The notes beneath the pieces are model-generated. The model searched no databases. It worked only from the letters and a program-made list of their open reading frames with translations, and was not told the origin of the DNA. 64,000 nucleotides of DNA, taken from the NCBI GenBank assembly GCA_027491355.1, contig JAIXWI010000034.1, positions 4,240-68,239 on the forward strand, in the 5' to 3' direction. Position 1 is the first letter of the stretch. Each line of letters starts with the position of its first letter. Source of the stretch: Bacteroidota bacterium. GTDB lineage: Bacteria > Bacteroidota > Bacteroidia > UKL13-3. Position numbers and translations under genes: made by a program. Below are positions 11,501 to 20,460 of the stretch, one piece after another.

Positions 11501-12870
11501 CCTCAAACTTTGGAGATTCTGTTTATGCCAACTTGCTAGCAAATCCAATTTTAAAGAATCCAATTGCTATTCAATTCAGTAGATTAAATTCAGGAATCAA
11601 TTGTAACATCAGATGGATTCCAATATGTGAAAACATCAACAACGACACTTTAAATGTATTAATTGGTGTTTCCGATAACCAATGTCCATTTTCAAATTTA
11701 GCTTCAAAGCTGATACAACTTGTTGTAAAACCTTTACCCAAATTAGGAATTGGAGAAATGGCATGTGCCAATCAAATTGCAGACAACAAGTTGGTTTTAA
11801 ATTGGACTAAATTGCCCAATTCAAATTATGTCAAATCAATACATGTTTTGGAAAAGGTAAATGGAGGCAAACCAAAAGAAGTGGCCGTATTGAACCAAAT
11901 CAACTCGCTCTCCTATACCCTTCAGCAGGTATTTGATTGGAACCAAAATTATTGTTACGCTGTATTTGCTACTGATGTATGTGATTTCCCTGGAGACACA
12001 TCAGATGAGTACTGCACCAAAGACATAGACAAGTTGCTATTTCCTCCCCCTTTTAATTTTGTCACAGTTCAAAACGACCAAGAAATTGTATTGAATTGGA
12101 ATCCATTAGACAGCAACAATTTTGGATCTTACATCATAGAAAAAAAAGTTGGACGAACAGGCAATACATGGACTAAATTGTCTGCTAGGAGCAATTACAA
12201 GGATACTTTATTTACAGACAAATCAGTGAATGTAGATGACAGTTCTTATTGTTACCGCATGTCAGTTGCTAACAAATGTGGAGCAATTGGAGGCACAGGT
12301 AAAGAGGTTTGCAGTATTTTACTTAAAGGCACAGTTTATCCTTTTGAGTACCATGATTTAAGTTGGTTACCTTATACTTATTTCATTACTGGTACGAATC
12401 GATTTGAATTGTACAAATCTGAACCTGGCATTTATGAAAGTTCTTTGTTAGCCATACGAACCAACTCTACCCTCCAATACCAAGACAGGGTATTGAATCC
12501 TGATAATGGCTTGTATCATTATACCGTTGCTGCATTTGAAAAAGGCTTTGGACAAGGGTTTGCGAGTTGGTCAAATACAATTGAATTGGTGCAACCTCCA
12601 AGCTTGTTTGTACCAAACGCAGTTACAGCAAATGGAGACCAATTAAATGATGTGATTAAGACCGTTCATGTGTTTGTTAAAACCTACCAAATAAAAATGT
12701 ACAACCGATGGGGTGAACTCATTTGGGAAAGTAAAGACAAGTACGCGTCAATGCCTGCCACCTATTTGAATAAGCCTTTGGCAACCGATGTGTATTTTTA
12801 CGAAATCAATTATACTGGTTGGGACGACCAATTGTATACAAAAAAAGGAAATATCAGTATCTTGAGGTAA
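8548..12870 (+). CDS. large secreted beta-propeller (SBBP-repeat) adhesin-like protein with a C-terminal T9SS type-B sorting domain
   Basis: Hydrophobic N-terminal signal. Multiple SBBP-type repeats (GNVYGAGTVYD, GNVYFASTT, FVCGSS). The C-terminal 90 aa carry the gliding-motility-associated CTD motifs (PNAVTANGDQLNDV...YNRWGELIW...DVYFYEI). Start codon is uncertain. Confidence 0.7.
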   Translation: MIGITPYLSLLKKFVLIYFFLWSFGLWANTLPSRNKGIVFIENKGQWDQNILFRADIPTGKLFVEAGILTYVFEDKASLHELLHGKTTGKSKFHAVKLKFGNAAYIPTVVKEKVSPIYYNYYKGAPEKWASHVQAFQQITLKNIYPGIHLELLTKGDAVKLNYIIEPGANPNQIQLVYEGADRLKLKQNGLQISTSLGEIIEEAPYAYQQIGVKQNNIPCSLVLKQNMVTFKVGNYQHQNQLVIDPTQIFGSYIGSIADNFGFSATYDKDGNVYGAGTVYDYTFPSTAGAYDLTFNEGFEGGAEFACDVFVSKFNADGSSLLFATYLGGQKNEQPYSLVVNPNNELLVLGSTGSTNFPTTPGTFDNTHNGFYDLFVSKFNSDGTSLVASTYMGGDKDDGINGQIAFKYSTDFPLAYNYADCFRSEIICDNLGNVYFASTTQSQNFTSSNAAQNSFGGGNQDGIVVKMNANLNRVLFSTFLGGAKDDAAYALCLDAKNNLFVCGSSNSTTIPNIKNNNNGLIDGILAKYNANSGALQQLVFHGTAENDQHFFVQTDLAGYPYVLGQTEGILPHTANTYHNEGSKQFISKFDFLLDTTLVQGCFGSNAILPNLVPAALMIDDCGKIYISGWGGIVNENFHLGTGNVNNFPLSADAFQTQTDGSDFYFAVFAKNMVGLNYASYYGGKQSNEHVDGGSSRFDKKGIIYQSVCAGCGGFSDFPTTQNAHSRNNPAVRPNRNEGGCNLAIFKFDARPVNQAPEFNDTLLYLTAGDTLNFAIQVTDKDADLMQIQLEGNLIGLNPAKIKLTDTLSTFGSLKAWLHFYSNCTDHLNDTFVITVKVFDAACPNSLTTTRKIKILVLAPGIEAPVLTCVSSNSNNSILLKWGQSGELAVPNQIQIFKKVNNGKFNLLSTTSQNQYLDPNNGIQLSNSICYKLVGINNCGIPSDSSNELCFDNSSNEKDRLAFTNLDTITKKIQVFDTLDISFTIASNFGDSVYANLLANPILKNPIAIQFSRLNSGINCNIRWIPICENINNDTLNVLIGVSDNQCPFSNLASKLIQLVVKPLPKLGIGEMACANQIADNKLVLNWTKLPNSNYVKSIHVLEKVNGGKPKEVAVLNQINSLSYTLQQVFDWNQNYCYAVFATDVCDFPGDTSDEYCTKDIDKLLFPPPFNFVTVQNDQEIVLNWNPLDSNNFGSYIIEKKVGRTGNTWTKLSARSNYKDTLFTDKSVNVDDSSYCYRMSVANKCGAIGGTGKEVCSILLKGTVYPFEYHDLSWLPYTYFITGTNRFELYKSEPGIYESSLLAIRTNSTLQYQDRVLNPDNGLYHYTVAAFEKGFGQGFASWSNTIELVQPPSLFVPNAVTANGDQLNDVIKTVHVFVKTYQIKMYNRWGELIWESKDKYASMPATYLNKPLATDVYFYEINYTGWDDQLYTKKGNISILR

Positions 12871-12871
12871 A

Positions 12872-13639
12872 TTACTTGAAGCGACCCCTCAACTTTATTT
12901 GGGTCAATCGACGCTTGGTATCTAAAGAAAAATCACCATCTAACATCCATTGGTAGTAACCCTTATCAGTTTCCAGTACCTCTTCTACCAATTTGTTTCT
13001 GTGCTTGCCAAAATTGAAAACCTCTTTACCCTCTTTATTGAATACCATTCTGCCAGCCAAGTCTACATTTTTGGTTTGACCCGAAAATTGGTGTAAGAAT
13101 TCAATGTCGTTTTGCAATTCTTGGTAATGGTTAATTTGAGCCTTCAATACCTCTAAAGTAGCTATGGTATCGTCTTCTGCATGGTGCGCGTTTTCGATGG
13201 TTTTATTACAATAAAACTTATAAGCTGCAGATAAGTTTCTAGGTTCCATGGTATGGTAAATTCTTTGCGCATCAATGAACCTTCTATTTTCTACATCAAA
13301 GTCTACACCTGCACGTAAAAACTCTTCTACCAAAAGCGGAAAATCGAATTTGTTAGAATTGAATCCAGCAAAATCACATCCTTTCATAAATTCGCCAAGT
13401 TCTTTTGCTACTTGAGAAAATGTAGGTGCGTCTGCAACATCGGCATCACTGATACCATGAATGGCTGTAGATTCAGGTGGAATTGGAATTCCTGGGTTAA
13501 TCTTCATCACCTTCAATTCCTCTTCACCATTTACATGAACTTTGATACAGGCTATTTCAACTATTCTGTCTGTAGAAATACTAATACCAGTTGTTTCTAA
13601 ATCAAAAACAACCAAAGGTCTTTTTAAGTTTAATTGCAT
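12872..13639 (-). CDS. DnaQ-like DEDDh 3'-5' exonuclease with a C-terminal DUF3820-like domain
   Basis: Exo I motif VVFDLETTG, Exo III motif HHAEDD, and a C-terminal FGKHRNKLVEEV...YYQWML motif. Confidence 0.7.
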   Translation of the reverse strand: MQLNLKRPLVVFDLETTGISISTDRIVEIACIKVHVNGEEELKVMKINPGIPIPPESTAIHGISDADVADAPTFSQVAKELGEFMKGCDFAGFNSNKFDFPLLVEEFLRAGVDFDVENRRFIDAQRIYHTMEPRNLSAAYKFYCNKTIENAHHAEDDTIATLEVLKAQINHYQELQNDIEFLHQFSGQTKNVDLAGRMVFNKEGKEVFNFGKHRNKLVEEVLETDKGYYQWMLDGDFSLDTKRRLTQIKLRGRFK

Positions 13640-13652
13640 CTAAATTTTGTTG

Positions 13653-14255
13653 TTAATAACCCTCCGAATCAAAACCACCTTCACTACTCTGACCATCTTC
13701 CCCTTCACCATTGTCAAACAAACCAAATTCGTCTGCTTCATCATCAGAAATTTCATCAGGAATTTCGTCAGATCTGTTCAAGTAATTTTTGGTGATTTCA
13801 TCGAATTCATTCTCATCAACAGCACCAAATTTTTGCACTTTATCGTATTGTTTGGGTGCTAAACCAACTGATTTGACCAAAGCAGGATATGTTAATTTGG
13901 GATTTTCAGTTGTGCTAATTCCAATAAGTTCAATCATCATTGCCCAGCATTCAATAAAATCATACACATACATGATTTTTTGATGTGGATCATTGATGTA
14001 CTGGCTCATTTTTGATTTAGCCATGACTGGAACTGGCTTATCAGGATTTTCAGTCATGTCTTCTAATGTAATTTCCTGTCCTTTCTTCCATGAATCATTG
14101 CTCATGTAAAAAGAAGCCAATTGTTTGTTGTCAAATTTAATTGAATCAAGAATTGCCAAATGGAAATCAAGAAACGTTTGGTTCGATTTGATTTCAATCA
14201 CTCGGTAAATATCCTCGTAATCTTCAAAATATACCTTGAACTTATAAACTGCCAT
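13653..14255 (-). CDS. PRiA4_ORF3-like (PF07929-like) domain protein with an acidic C-terminal tail
   Basis: N-terminal block YKFKVYFEDYEDIYRVIEIKSNQTFLDFHLAIL resembles the PRiA4b ORF-3 fold pattern. The C-terminus is a D/E/G-rich low-complexity tail. Start is the ATG at 14255; the alternative at 14303 adds a K-rich leader. Confidence 0.45.
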   Translation of the reverse strand: MAVYKFKVYFEDYEDIYRVIEIKSNQTFLDFHLAILDSIKFDNKQLASFYMSNDSWKKGQEITLEDMTENPDKPVPVMAKSKMSQYINDPHQKIMYVYDFIECWAMMIELIGISTTENPKLTYPALVKSVGLAPKQYDKVQKFGAVDENEFDEITKNYLNRSDEIPDEISDDEADEFGLFDNGEGEDGQSSEGGFDSEGY

Positions 14256-14335
14256 AAAATTAAATTGGGATGCTAATTTCCGTTTTTTTTTTGCTTTCAA
14301 CAAACCTTTTCCTGCTTGTTAAATGTATTTTTTTT

Positions 14336-15769
14336 TCACAAGCTTGAATTCATTAACTGATTGATGCCAATGACCGGCTCCATACCTTTCGATTGCGCTA
14401 TTGCTAACATGAATTCCAATGCAGCAGTGCGTTCATTTTTAACTTGTCCTTCTAATATGGCCTCTCTCAATGCTTCTTTTATTTCACCAACTTGTTTAGA
14501 AGGACCAATGCCAAAACAACGCATGATATCTTCTCCAGTTACCGGAGGTTGCCAATTTCTGAGTGTATCACGTTCTTCTACCTCGCTCACCAGCTCTCTT
14601 ACTTTGTCTAAATTTCTGCGGTACTTTTGAAGTTTTTCCTCGCTTTTAGTGGTCATATCTGCTTTGCACAAAACAAATAAATCGTCGAGGTCTTCACCTG
14701 CATCAACAATTAAGCGTCGTATGGCTGAATCTGTAACACCCTCTTCTGCCAATACTTTTGGTCGGTGATGCATAGCTACAAGCTTCTCCACATATTTCAT
14801 TTTCTCGTTCAAAGGCAGTTTCAAACGCCTGAAAATTCTGGCTACCATTCTACTGCCCTTGTCTTCATGTCCATGAAATGTCCAACCGTCACCAGGTATG
14901 TATTTTTTACAAACTGGTTTACCAATATCATGCAAAAGTATTGCCCACCTCAACCACAAATTATTGGTAGTGGCTGCACCTTGGTCCAATACTTGTAAAG
15001 TATGAATAAAATTGTCTTTGTGGCCTCTTCCATGAACATAATCTATTCCACTCATCTCCATCAGTTCTGGAAATATGAGTTTCAACAAGCCTGAATCGTG
15101 TAAAAGTTGAAAGCCAATAGAAGGTTTTGGGGCAAGTATGATTTTATTGAGCTCATCTGTTATGCGCTCAAATGAAACAATTTGAATGCGGTTTTTGAAG
15201 GCTTGAATGGCCTCGTATGTTTCGGCATGAATTTGAAATGAAAGCTGAGCTGCGAACCTCACAGCTCTCATCATTCTCAATGGGTCATCATCAAATGTGA
15301 TACCTGGCTCTAATGGGGTTTTGAGCAATTGCTGTTGCAGATGCTCCATGCCATTGAAAGGGTCAAGCAATTGTCCAAAATTGTGTTGATTTAAACTGAT
15401 TGCCAAAGCATTGATGGTAAAATCTCTTCTTGATAAATCTTCTTCTAGTGTACCCGGACTGACAATAGGTTTTCTGCTGTTGCGGCTGTAACTTTCTTTT
15501 CTGGCACCTACAAATTCTATTTCAAAATGATTGGTTTTAACCATTGCTGTTCCAAAATTCCTAAAAACAGCAAAATCATGTACCTCATGAAAATGACTGG
15601 CAAATGTTTTTGCAAAAGCTATTCCATCGCCCAATACAACCACATCAATGTCTTTTGAATTGCGTTTTAAAAAGCTATCCCTTACAAAGCCACCCACCAA
15701 ATATGCTTCTGTTCCGGTTAGGGCAGTTGTAGCAGCAAGCTGCTGAAAAAGTAAACCTTCCAATTGCAT
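14336..15769 (-). CDS. cca: CCA tRNA nucleotidyltransferase (polymerase-beta head plus HD domain)
   Basis: Motifs GGFVRDSFL...DIDVVV (nucleotidyltransferase), RRDFTINA, and an HD-domain segment LHDIGK. Start at the ATG 15769 (MQLEGLLF...). Confidence 0.75.
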   Translation of the reverse strand: MQLEGLLFQQLAATTALTGTEAYLVGGFVRDSFLKRNSKDIDVVVLGDGIAFAKTFASHFHEVHDFAVFRNFGTAMVKTNHFEIEFVGARKESYSRNSRKPIVSPGTLEEDLSRRDFTINALAISLNQHNFGQLLDPFNGMEHLQQQLLKTPLEPGITFDDDPLRMMRAVRFAAQLSFQIHAETYEAIQAFKNRIQIVSFERITDELNKIILAPKPSIGFQLLHDSGLLKLIFPELMEMSGIDYVHGRGHKDNFIHTLQVLDQGAATTNNLWLRWAILLHDIGKPVCKKYIPGDGWTFHGHEDKGSRMVARIFRRLKLPLNEKMKYVEKLVAMHHRPKVLAEEGVTDSAIRRLIVDAGEDLDDLFVLCKADMTTKSEEKLQKYRRNLDKVRELVSEVEERDTLRNWQPPVTGEDIMRCFGIGPSKQVGEIKEALREAILEGQVKNERTAALEFMLAIAQSKGMEPVIGINQLMNSSL

Positions 15770-15826
15770 AATCACATGGCAAAAGTAAGCTTTGTATAGC
15801 AAATAATTGTGAAAGGTAAGTGAAAA

Positions 15827-16957
15827 CTATATCAGCGAGGAATATAATTCCTGCCATTGAATGGCCAATTTTTTGTTATCAAAATCCAATGCACGTTCAA
15901 AGCCATTTTTTACCAGCATTTTACGAAGCGCTTCGTCTGATAATATAAAAGTCAATGCTTCTTTAATCTCTGTTACATTGAATGGATCAACACACAGTGC
16001 GGCATCACCTGCAATTTCTGGCAAACAGCTCTTGTTACTTGTTAAAATAGGAACTCCACTCCACATGGCCTCTAACAAGGGTATTCCAAATCCTTCTTCG
16101 TAACTCAAGTAAGCAAAAGCGGCAGCCATTTGGTAAAATACTGGTAATTCATCTATAGAAACATTGTCTAAAAATAAAACTTTTTGTTGAAGCATTTTAT
16201 CTTGAACAAATTCTGCCATTTCAGGAAATAAATCAGCCTTTTTACCAATAAAAACCATTTGGGTATTTGATAAATTTGCTTGTTCAAATGCTTTTAACAG
16301 GTTGAGTTGATTTTTTCTTTTTTCAAGGGTACCAACCGAAAGTATAAAATGGTCTTGTAAATTGTATTTGTTAGCTATTGCTGGGGGTAATGTAGGATTT
16401 GACAGCACTTTAAACAGTGGATTACAATCTTGATAAATGACCGTAATTTTAGTTTCAGGAACTTGAAAATAGTACATCAAGTCCTTTGCGGTTTGTTTAC
16501 TACAAGCTACTACTTTATTAGCTCGGCTCACTGCAGATGCTACTTTTTTACGGTAAATGAGCCTGTCAATTGGCTTGTACAATTCAGGATGTTTTAAAAA
16601 AATTAAATCGTGAATGGTAACCACTGTTTTAATTCCAGTATGTTCTATTCCAATTGGCAATTCATTGCTAAGTCCATGATAAATGACTATGTTATCTGCA
16701 ATTAAATCTTTTACAACACCTTTATTGCGCCAGTTTTTCTTGAACATACGCCCCAAAAAACTTTTGGGTTGGTGAACATAAAGCAGTTGGGTATCCAAAG
16801 CATTTACACTCCCAATTTCTGGGGTGTATAAATGAATTTCAATCAGATTGTTATTCTCATTCAAGCCTTGTACAAGTGTACGGGCATAATTCCCCAATCC
16901 AGTTTTATTGAGAAAATACCGCTTTGCATCATAACCAATCTTGTGTGGGCGCATCAC
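15827..16957 (-). CDS. glycosyltransferase family 4 (GT-B, group 1)
   Basis: C-terminal EGFGIPLLEAMWSGVPIL motif (E-x7-E GT4 signature); N-terminal KRYFLNKTGLGNYAR. Confidence 0.75.
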   Translation of the reverse strand: MMRPHKIGYDAKRYFLNKTGLGNYARTLVQGLNENNNLIEIHLYTPEIGSVNALDTQLLYVHQPKSFLGRMFKKNWRNKGVVKDLIADNIVIYHGLSNELPIGIEHTGIKTVVTIHDLIFLKHPELYKPIDRLIYRKKVASAVSRANKVVACSKQTAKDLMYYFQVPETKITVIYQDCNPLFKVLSNPTLPPAIANKYNLQDHFILSVGTLEKRKNQLNLLKAFEQANLSNTQMVFIGKKADLFPEMAEFVQDKMLQQKVLFLDNVSIDELPVFYQMAAAFAYLSYEEGFGIPLLEAMWSGVPILTSNKSCLPEIAGDAALCVDPFNVTEIKEALTFILSDEALRKMLVKNGFERALDFDNKKLAIQWQELYSSLI

Positions 16958-16987
16958 ACAAATAAAGGAATTTATATTTCAATTTTG

Positions 16988-17011
16988 CATATATGAATAT
17001 ATGTTCATATG
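16988..17011. promoter_or_regulatory. imperfect palindrome CATATATGAA-N6-TTCATATG 13 bp upstream of arsR-like start; candidate ArsR/SmtB operator
   Basis: Inverted repeat read from the sequence in the divergent GT4/arsR intergenic region. Confidence 0.3.
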
Positions 17012-17023
17012 TTTGTATAAGAA

Positions 17024-17326
17024 ATGAACAAGTACAACAAACAACTTGAAAAAGCTGCATTTATTTTAAAAAGTATAGCCCATCCTACACGTTTGGCAGC
17101 CATAGACTTTTTAAATAAAAAAGGACAAGCCAATGTTGGCGAAATTTGTGCTGCAACAGGCTGTGAACAAAGTTTGATGTCTCACCATTTGATTGCTATG
17201 AAACTCAAAGGCATCTTACAATCACAAAAAGAAGGCACTAGTATCATTTATAGTTTAAAAGAAAAACAATTGTGTTTGGTTATTCAATTAATGGACCAAT
17301 GCAATTGCAATATGGGAGTAAATTAA
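17024..17326 (+). CDS. ArsR/SmtB-family HTH transcriptional regulator
   Basis: 100 aa; LKSIAHPTRLAAIDFL...VGEICAATG...LMSHHLIAMKLKGIL winged-HTH pattern. Confidence 0.7.
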   Translation: MNKYNKQLEKAAFILKSIAHPTRLAAIDFLNKKGQANVGEICAATGCEQSLMSHHLIAMKLKGILQSQKEGTSIIYSLKEKQLCLVIQLMDQCNCNMGVN

Positions 17327-17332
17327 AAGCAG

Positions 17333-17533
17333 ATGACGCAACTAATTCACCAATTTATAAGATGGCGACTGTTTTTGATGCTCTTATTTGGTTTGATGGG
17401 TTGGTGCTACTGGTACTTTTTAGGTTGTGAAGATGGTACTTGCTCAATTACTTCAAACCCTTATAATAGCACAATTTATGGCATGGTAGTGGGTTTTATA
17501 ATAGGTATACAAAACAAAAAAACAAATAAATAA
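17333..17533 (+). CDS. small Cys-containing membrane protein (hypothetical)
   Basis: 66 aa with two hydrophobic segments and a CEDGTC motif, sandwiched 6 bp after arsR and 1 bp before osmC. Confidence 0.35.
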   Translation: MTQLIHQFIRWRLFLMLLFGLMGWCYWYFLGCEDGTCSITSNPYNSTIYGMVVGFIIGIQNKKTNK

Positions 17534-17534
17534 A

Positions 17535-17954
17535 ATGGCAACAATTCATGAAGTAGCAACCAAATGGGTTGCAGATATGGAATTTGCAAGTCAAATTGAC
17601 GACCATATCATCCGATTAGATACCGTAGAAGCTGGAGGAGGTCACAACAATGGCCCTAAACCCAAAGCTTTGTTATTAAGTGCCTTAACAGGGTGCACCG
17701 GAATGGATGTGGTTTCTACTTTGAAAAAAATGCATGTAAGCTTTTCAGATTTTAACCTGATTGCAAAAGCTGATTTAACAGATGAGCATCCAAGGGTTTA
17801 TTCAAAAATTGTTTTGGTTTATCAAATAAAAGTAAAACCAGAAGACCAAGAAAAGGTAGTAAAAGCAGTAAACCTTTCTAAAGAAAAATATTGTGGTGTA
17901 AGTGCCATGCTTAGCAAAGTATGCCCAATTACATTCAGCATAGAGTACCTTTAA
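17535..17954 (+). CDS. OsmC/Ohr-family peroxiredoxin-like protein
   Basis: 139 aa; GGGHNNGPKP...LLLSALTGCTGMDV and C-terminal KYCGVSAML with the two conserved Cys regions of OsmC. Confidence 0.75.
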   Translation: MATIHEVATKWVADMEFASQIDDHIIRLDTVEAGGGHNNGPKPKALLLSALTGCTGMDVVSTLKKMHVSFSDFNLIAKADLTDEHPRVYSKIVLVYQIKVKPEDQEKVVKAVNLSKEKYCGVSAMLSKVCPITFSIEYL

Positions 17955-18247
17955 TTGAGATGCAGCCTTGGAAAACGATATGATTCACCATCGTGAACCA
18001 TGAGTGCATGAATTTCAAAACTTAAGAAACGGTGAATGGGGAATTGTTGAACAATATCCAACACTTCACCGGCTTCTTTGGCTTCAAAAATGATCCAACC
18101 TTTGCTGCGTTCTTCATTGACAGCGTAAGTTAATATTTTACCTTCTGCAATCAATTCATCAATGTATGCTCTGTGCGCAGGAATCATTCGCATAAAATCC
18201 TGATCAACAATTTCAGGGATGTACATTTCTACAACAAAGTGTCTCAT
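17951..18247 (-). CDS. small alpha/beta protein, muconolactone-isomerase-like / Dabb-like (hypothetical)
   Basis: 98 aa; the pattern HFVVEMYIP...EGKILTYAV...GWIIFEAKEAGEVLDIVQQFP resembles the MIase/YciI fold; weak. Confidence 0.35.
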   Translation of the reverse strand: MRHFVVEMYIPEIVDQDFMRMIPAHRAYIDELIAEGKILTYAVNEERSKGWIIFEAKEAGEVLDIVQQFPIHRFLSFEIHALMVHDGESYRFPRLHLN

Positions 18248-18362
18248 AATTTTTAATGAATTAAAATTAATTAAATGAAATGAAAACCAGCTATTTTATA
18301 ATTATCTTTTTATTAAATCAATTGAATCAACTTAAAAATGAGGTACTTTTGTTTGAATTGAT

Positions 18363-20450
18363 ATGATTACAGAAAAATTAGGATTGCTTTTTAAAGACCG
18401 TGAAATAAGTTGGTTGCATTTCAACGAACGTGTTTTACAAGAGGCCGAAAACAGCCAAAATCCTTTAATGGAAAGAATCAAGTTTCTGGCTATATTTTCG
18501 TCCAACATGGATGAATTTTTTAGGGTTCGTGTAGCACATATTCTTAAAATTCAAAAAATAAACCCCAAAAAGCCAATTAGTGAATACCAATCATCTCCCA
18601 ATATTATTTTAGCTGAGATTCAAAGTCATGTTTTAACTTTACAAGACAGGTTTACCCATGTCTATCAGACACAAATTTTACCTGAATTGGCAAAAAAGCA
18701 AATCTTTATAAAAGAAGAATTTGAACTCAATGACATTGAGAAAAGTGCTGTCAATTCATACTTTCAAAGTCAGGTTTTACCTCATTTATTTCCTATCTTA
18801 CTGGATGATTTAAAACAAGCACCACTCCTCAAGGACAAAAGTATTTACTTGGCCATTGGAATGAGCCATTCAAATGCAAGGAGCAATGTCAAACATGCCA
18901 TCATTGAAATTCCAACAGCAGTTTTAGGTAGGTTTTTTCTGATTCCTCAAAATACAAATGGAACAACCATCGTATTGTTAGAAAATAGCATACGCGCAAA
19001 CCTTGCCAGTATTTTCTCGGTATTTGGTTACGACCAGTTTGAATCTTATGTTATTAAATTAACCAGAGATGCCGAGTTTACATTGTCTCAAGATGAAACA
19101 GGTTATACCATTGGTTTATTAGACAAAATTCAAAAAAGCTTAAAACAACGTTCAAAAGGCTCTCCTACCCGTTTCATCTTTGATGAAAAAATGCCCAAGT
19201 ACATGCTGGATTTTTTGATAAATAAACTGGCATTAAGAAATGTGAATTTGATTCCCGGAGGAAGGTACCATAATTTCAAAGATTTTATGGATTTCCCTAA
19301 AGTGGGCTCCCCAGAGGATTATGCTAAGAAAATGTCGCCACTGCCTCTGAGCAAAATCAATCAAGCAAAAACTTTGTTTGATGTGATAGCGCACGATGAC
19401 ATTTTATTGCATCATCCCTACCACTCTTTCGATTACCTCATTCGCATGCTCAGAGAGGCAGCCCTTGATCCTGCTGTTGTTAGCATTCAAATAACATTGT
19501 ACCGAGTTGCCAAACACAGTAACGTAGTAAATGCCTTAATCAATGCAATTCAAAACGGTAAAAAAGTGATTGTATTGATGGAGCTGCAAGCACGTTTTGA
19601 CGAAGAATCGAATATTTATTGGACTAACAAACTGCAAGAAGCGGGAGCAACGGTTCATTTCGGTAAACAAGGCCAAAAAGTACATTGTAAGTTTTGTTTG
19701 ATTCACCGTAAAGAAAAAAATGGCATTGTAAAGTACGCTCATCTATCGACTGGGAATTACAATGGTGAAACCGCAAGAATATATAGTGACTTTGCATTGT
19801 TTACCGCCAACAAAGAAATAACACATGAATTGACACTATTGTGTGAAACCTTATTTGCTCAAATTAAACACAATGTATACAAACATTTGTTGATTGCGCC
19901 AGATTTCATGAAAAAGAAATTTTTAGATTTGATTGAGTTTGAAATGATAGAGGCAAAAGCAGGAAGAACAGCAAGAATCTTAGCAAAAATGAATTCATTG
20001 GTAGATGGAGACATCATTAAAAAATTATACCAAGCCAGTGAAGTTGGTGTAAAAATAGATTTAATTGTGAGGGGAATTTGTTGCTTAGTTCCTGGAGTAA
20101 GTGGAGTATCAAGCAATATCAAAATCATTAGTATCATAGACGGTTATTTGGAACATGCAAGGGTTTATTATTTTCACCATGCAGGTAGTAAAAAGTTGTA
20201 TTTAGCCTCAGCTGATTGGATGACCAGGAATTTACAAAATAGAATTGAATGCGCTTTTCCTATCTACCAACAGAAAAACAAAGATTTAATTCTGAAGATT
20301 TTGCAATTACAATTAGACGACAATCAAAAAGCCAGAATCATTGATGGCATCAACGATACGCGATTTGTAAGCAATTCAAACGATTCAAAACCGCTGAGTG
20401 CTCAATCAGCTACTTACGAATATTTAAAAGATAACCATCCATTTGTTTAG
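18363..20450 (+). CDS. ppk: polyphosphate kinase 1
   Basis: 695 aa; N-terminal FNERVLQEA...FLAIFSSNMDEFFRVRVA, PLD-like HxK motifs, length and colinearity with PPK1. Confidence 0.9.
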   Translation: MITEKLGLLFKDREISWLHFNERVLQEAENSQNPLMERIKFLAIFSSNMDEFFRVRVAHILKIQKINPKKPISEYQSSPNIILAEIQSHVLTLQDRFTHVYQTQILPELAKKQIFIKEEFELNDIEKSAVNSYFQSQVLPHLFPILLDDLKQAPLLKDKSIYLAIGMSHSNARSNVKHAIIEIPTAVLGRFFLIPQNTNGTTIVLLENSIRANLASIFSVFGYDQFESYVIKLTRDAEFTLSQDETGYTIGLLDKIQKSLKQRSKGSPTRFIFDEKMPKYMLDFLINKLALRNVNLIPGGRYHNFKDFMDFPKVGSPEDYAKKMSPLPLSKINQAKTLFDVIAHDDILLHHPYHSFDYLIRMLREAALDPAVVSIQITLYRVAKHSNVVNALINAIQNGKKVIVLMELQARFDEESNIYWTNKLQEAGATVHFGKQGQKVHCKFCLIHRKEKNGIVKYAHLSTGNYNGETARIYSDFALFTANKEITHELTLLCETLFAQIKHNVYKHLLIAPDFMKKKFLDLIEFEMIEAKAGRTARILAKMNSLVDGDIIKKLYQASEVGVKIDLIVRGICCLVPGVSGVSSNIKIISIIDGYLEHARVYYFHHAGSKKLYLASADWMTRNLQNRIECAFPIYQQKNKDLILKILQLQLDDNQKARIIDGINDTRFVSNSNDSKPLSAQSATYEYLKDNHPFV

Positions 20451-20460
20451 CTTTGTATTG

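Noticed and set aside
12868-12874. Convergent genes with stop codons 1 bp apart and no terminator between them
   Set aside because: Tail-to-tail abutment is common in compact genomes and there is nothing else unusual; noted only as a reason no terminator is annotated there.
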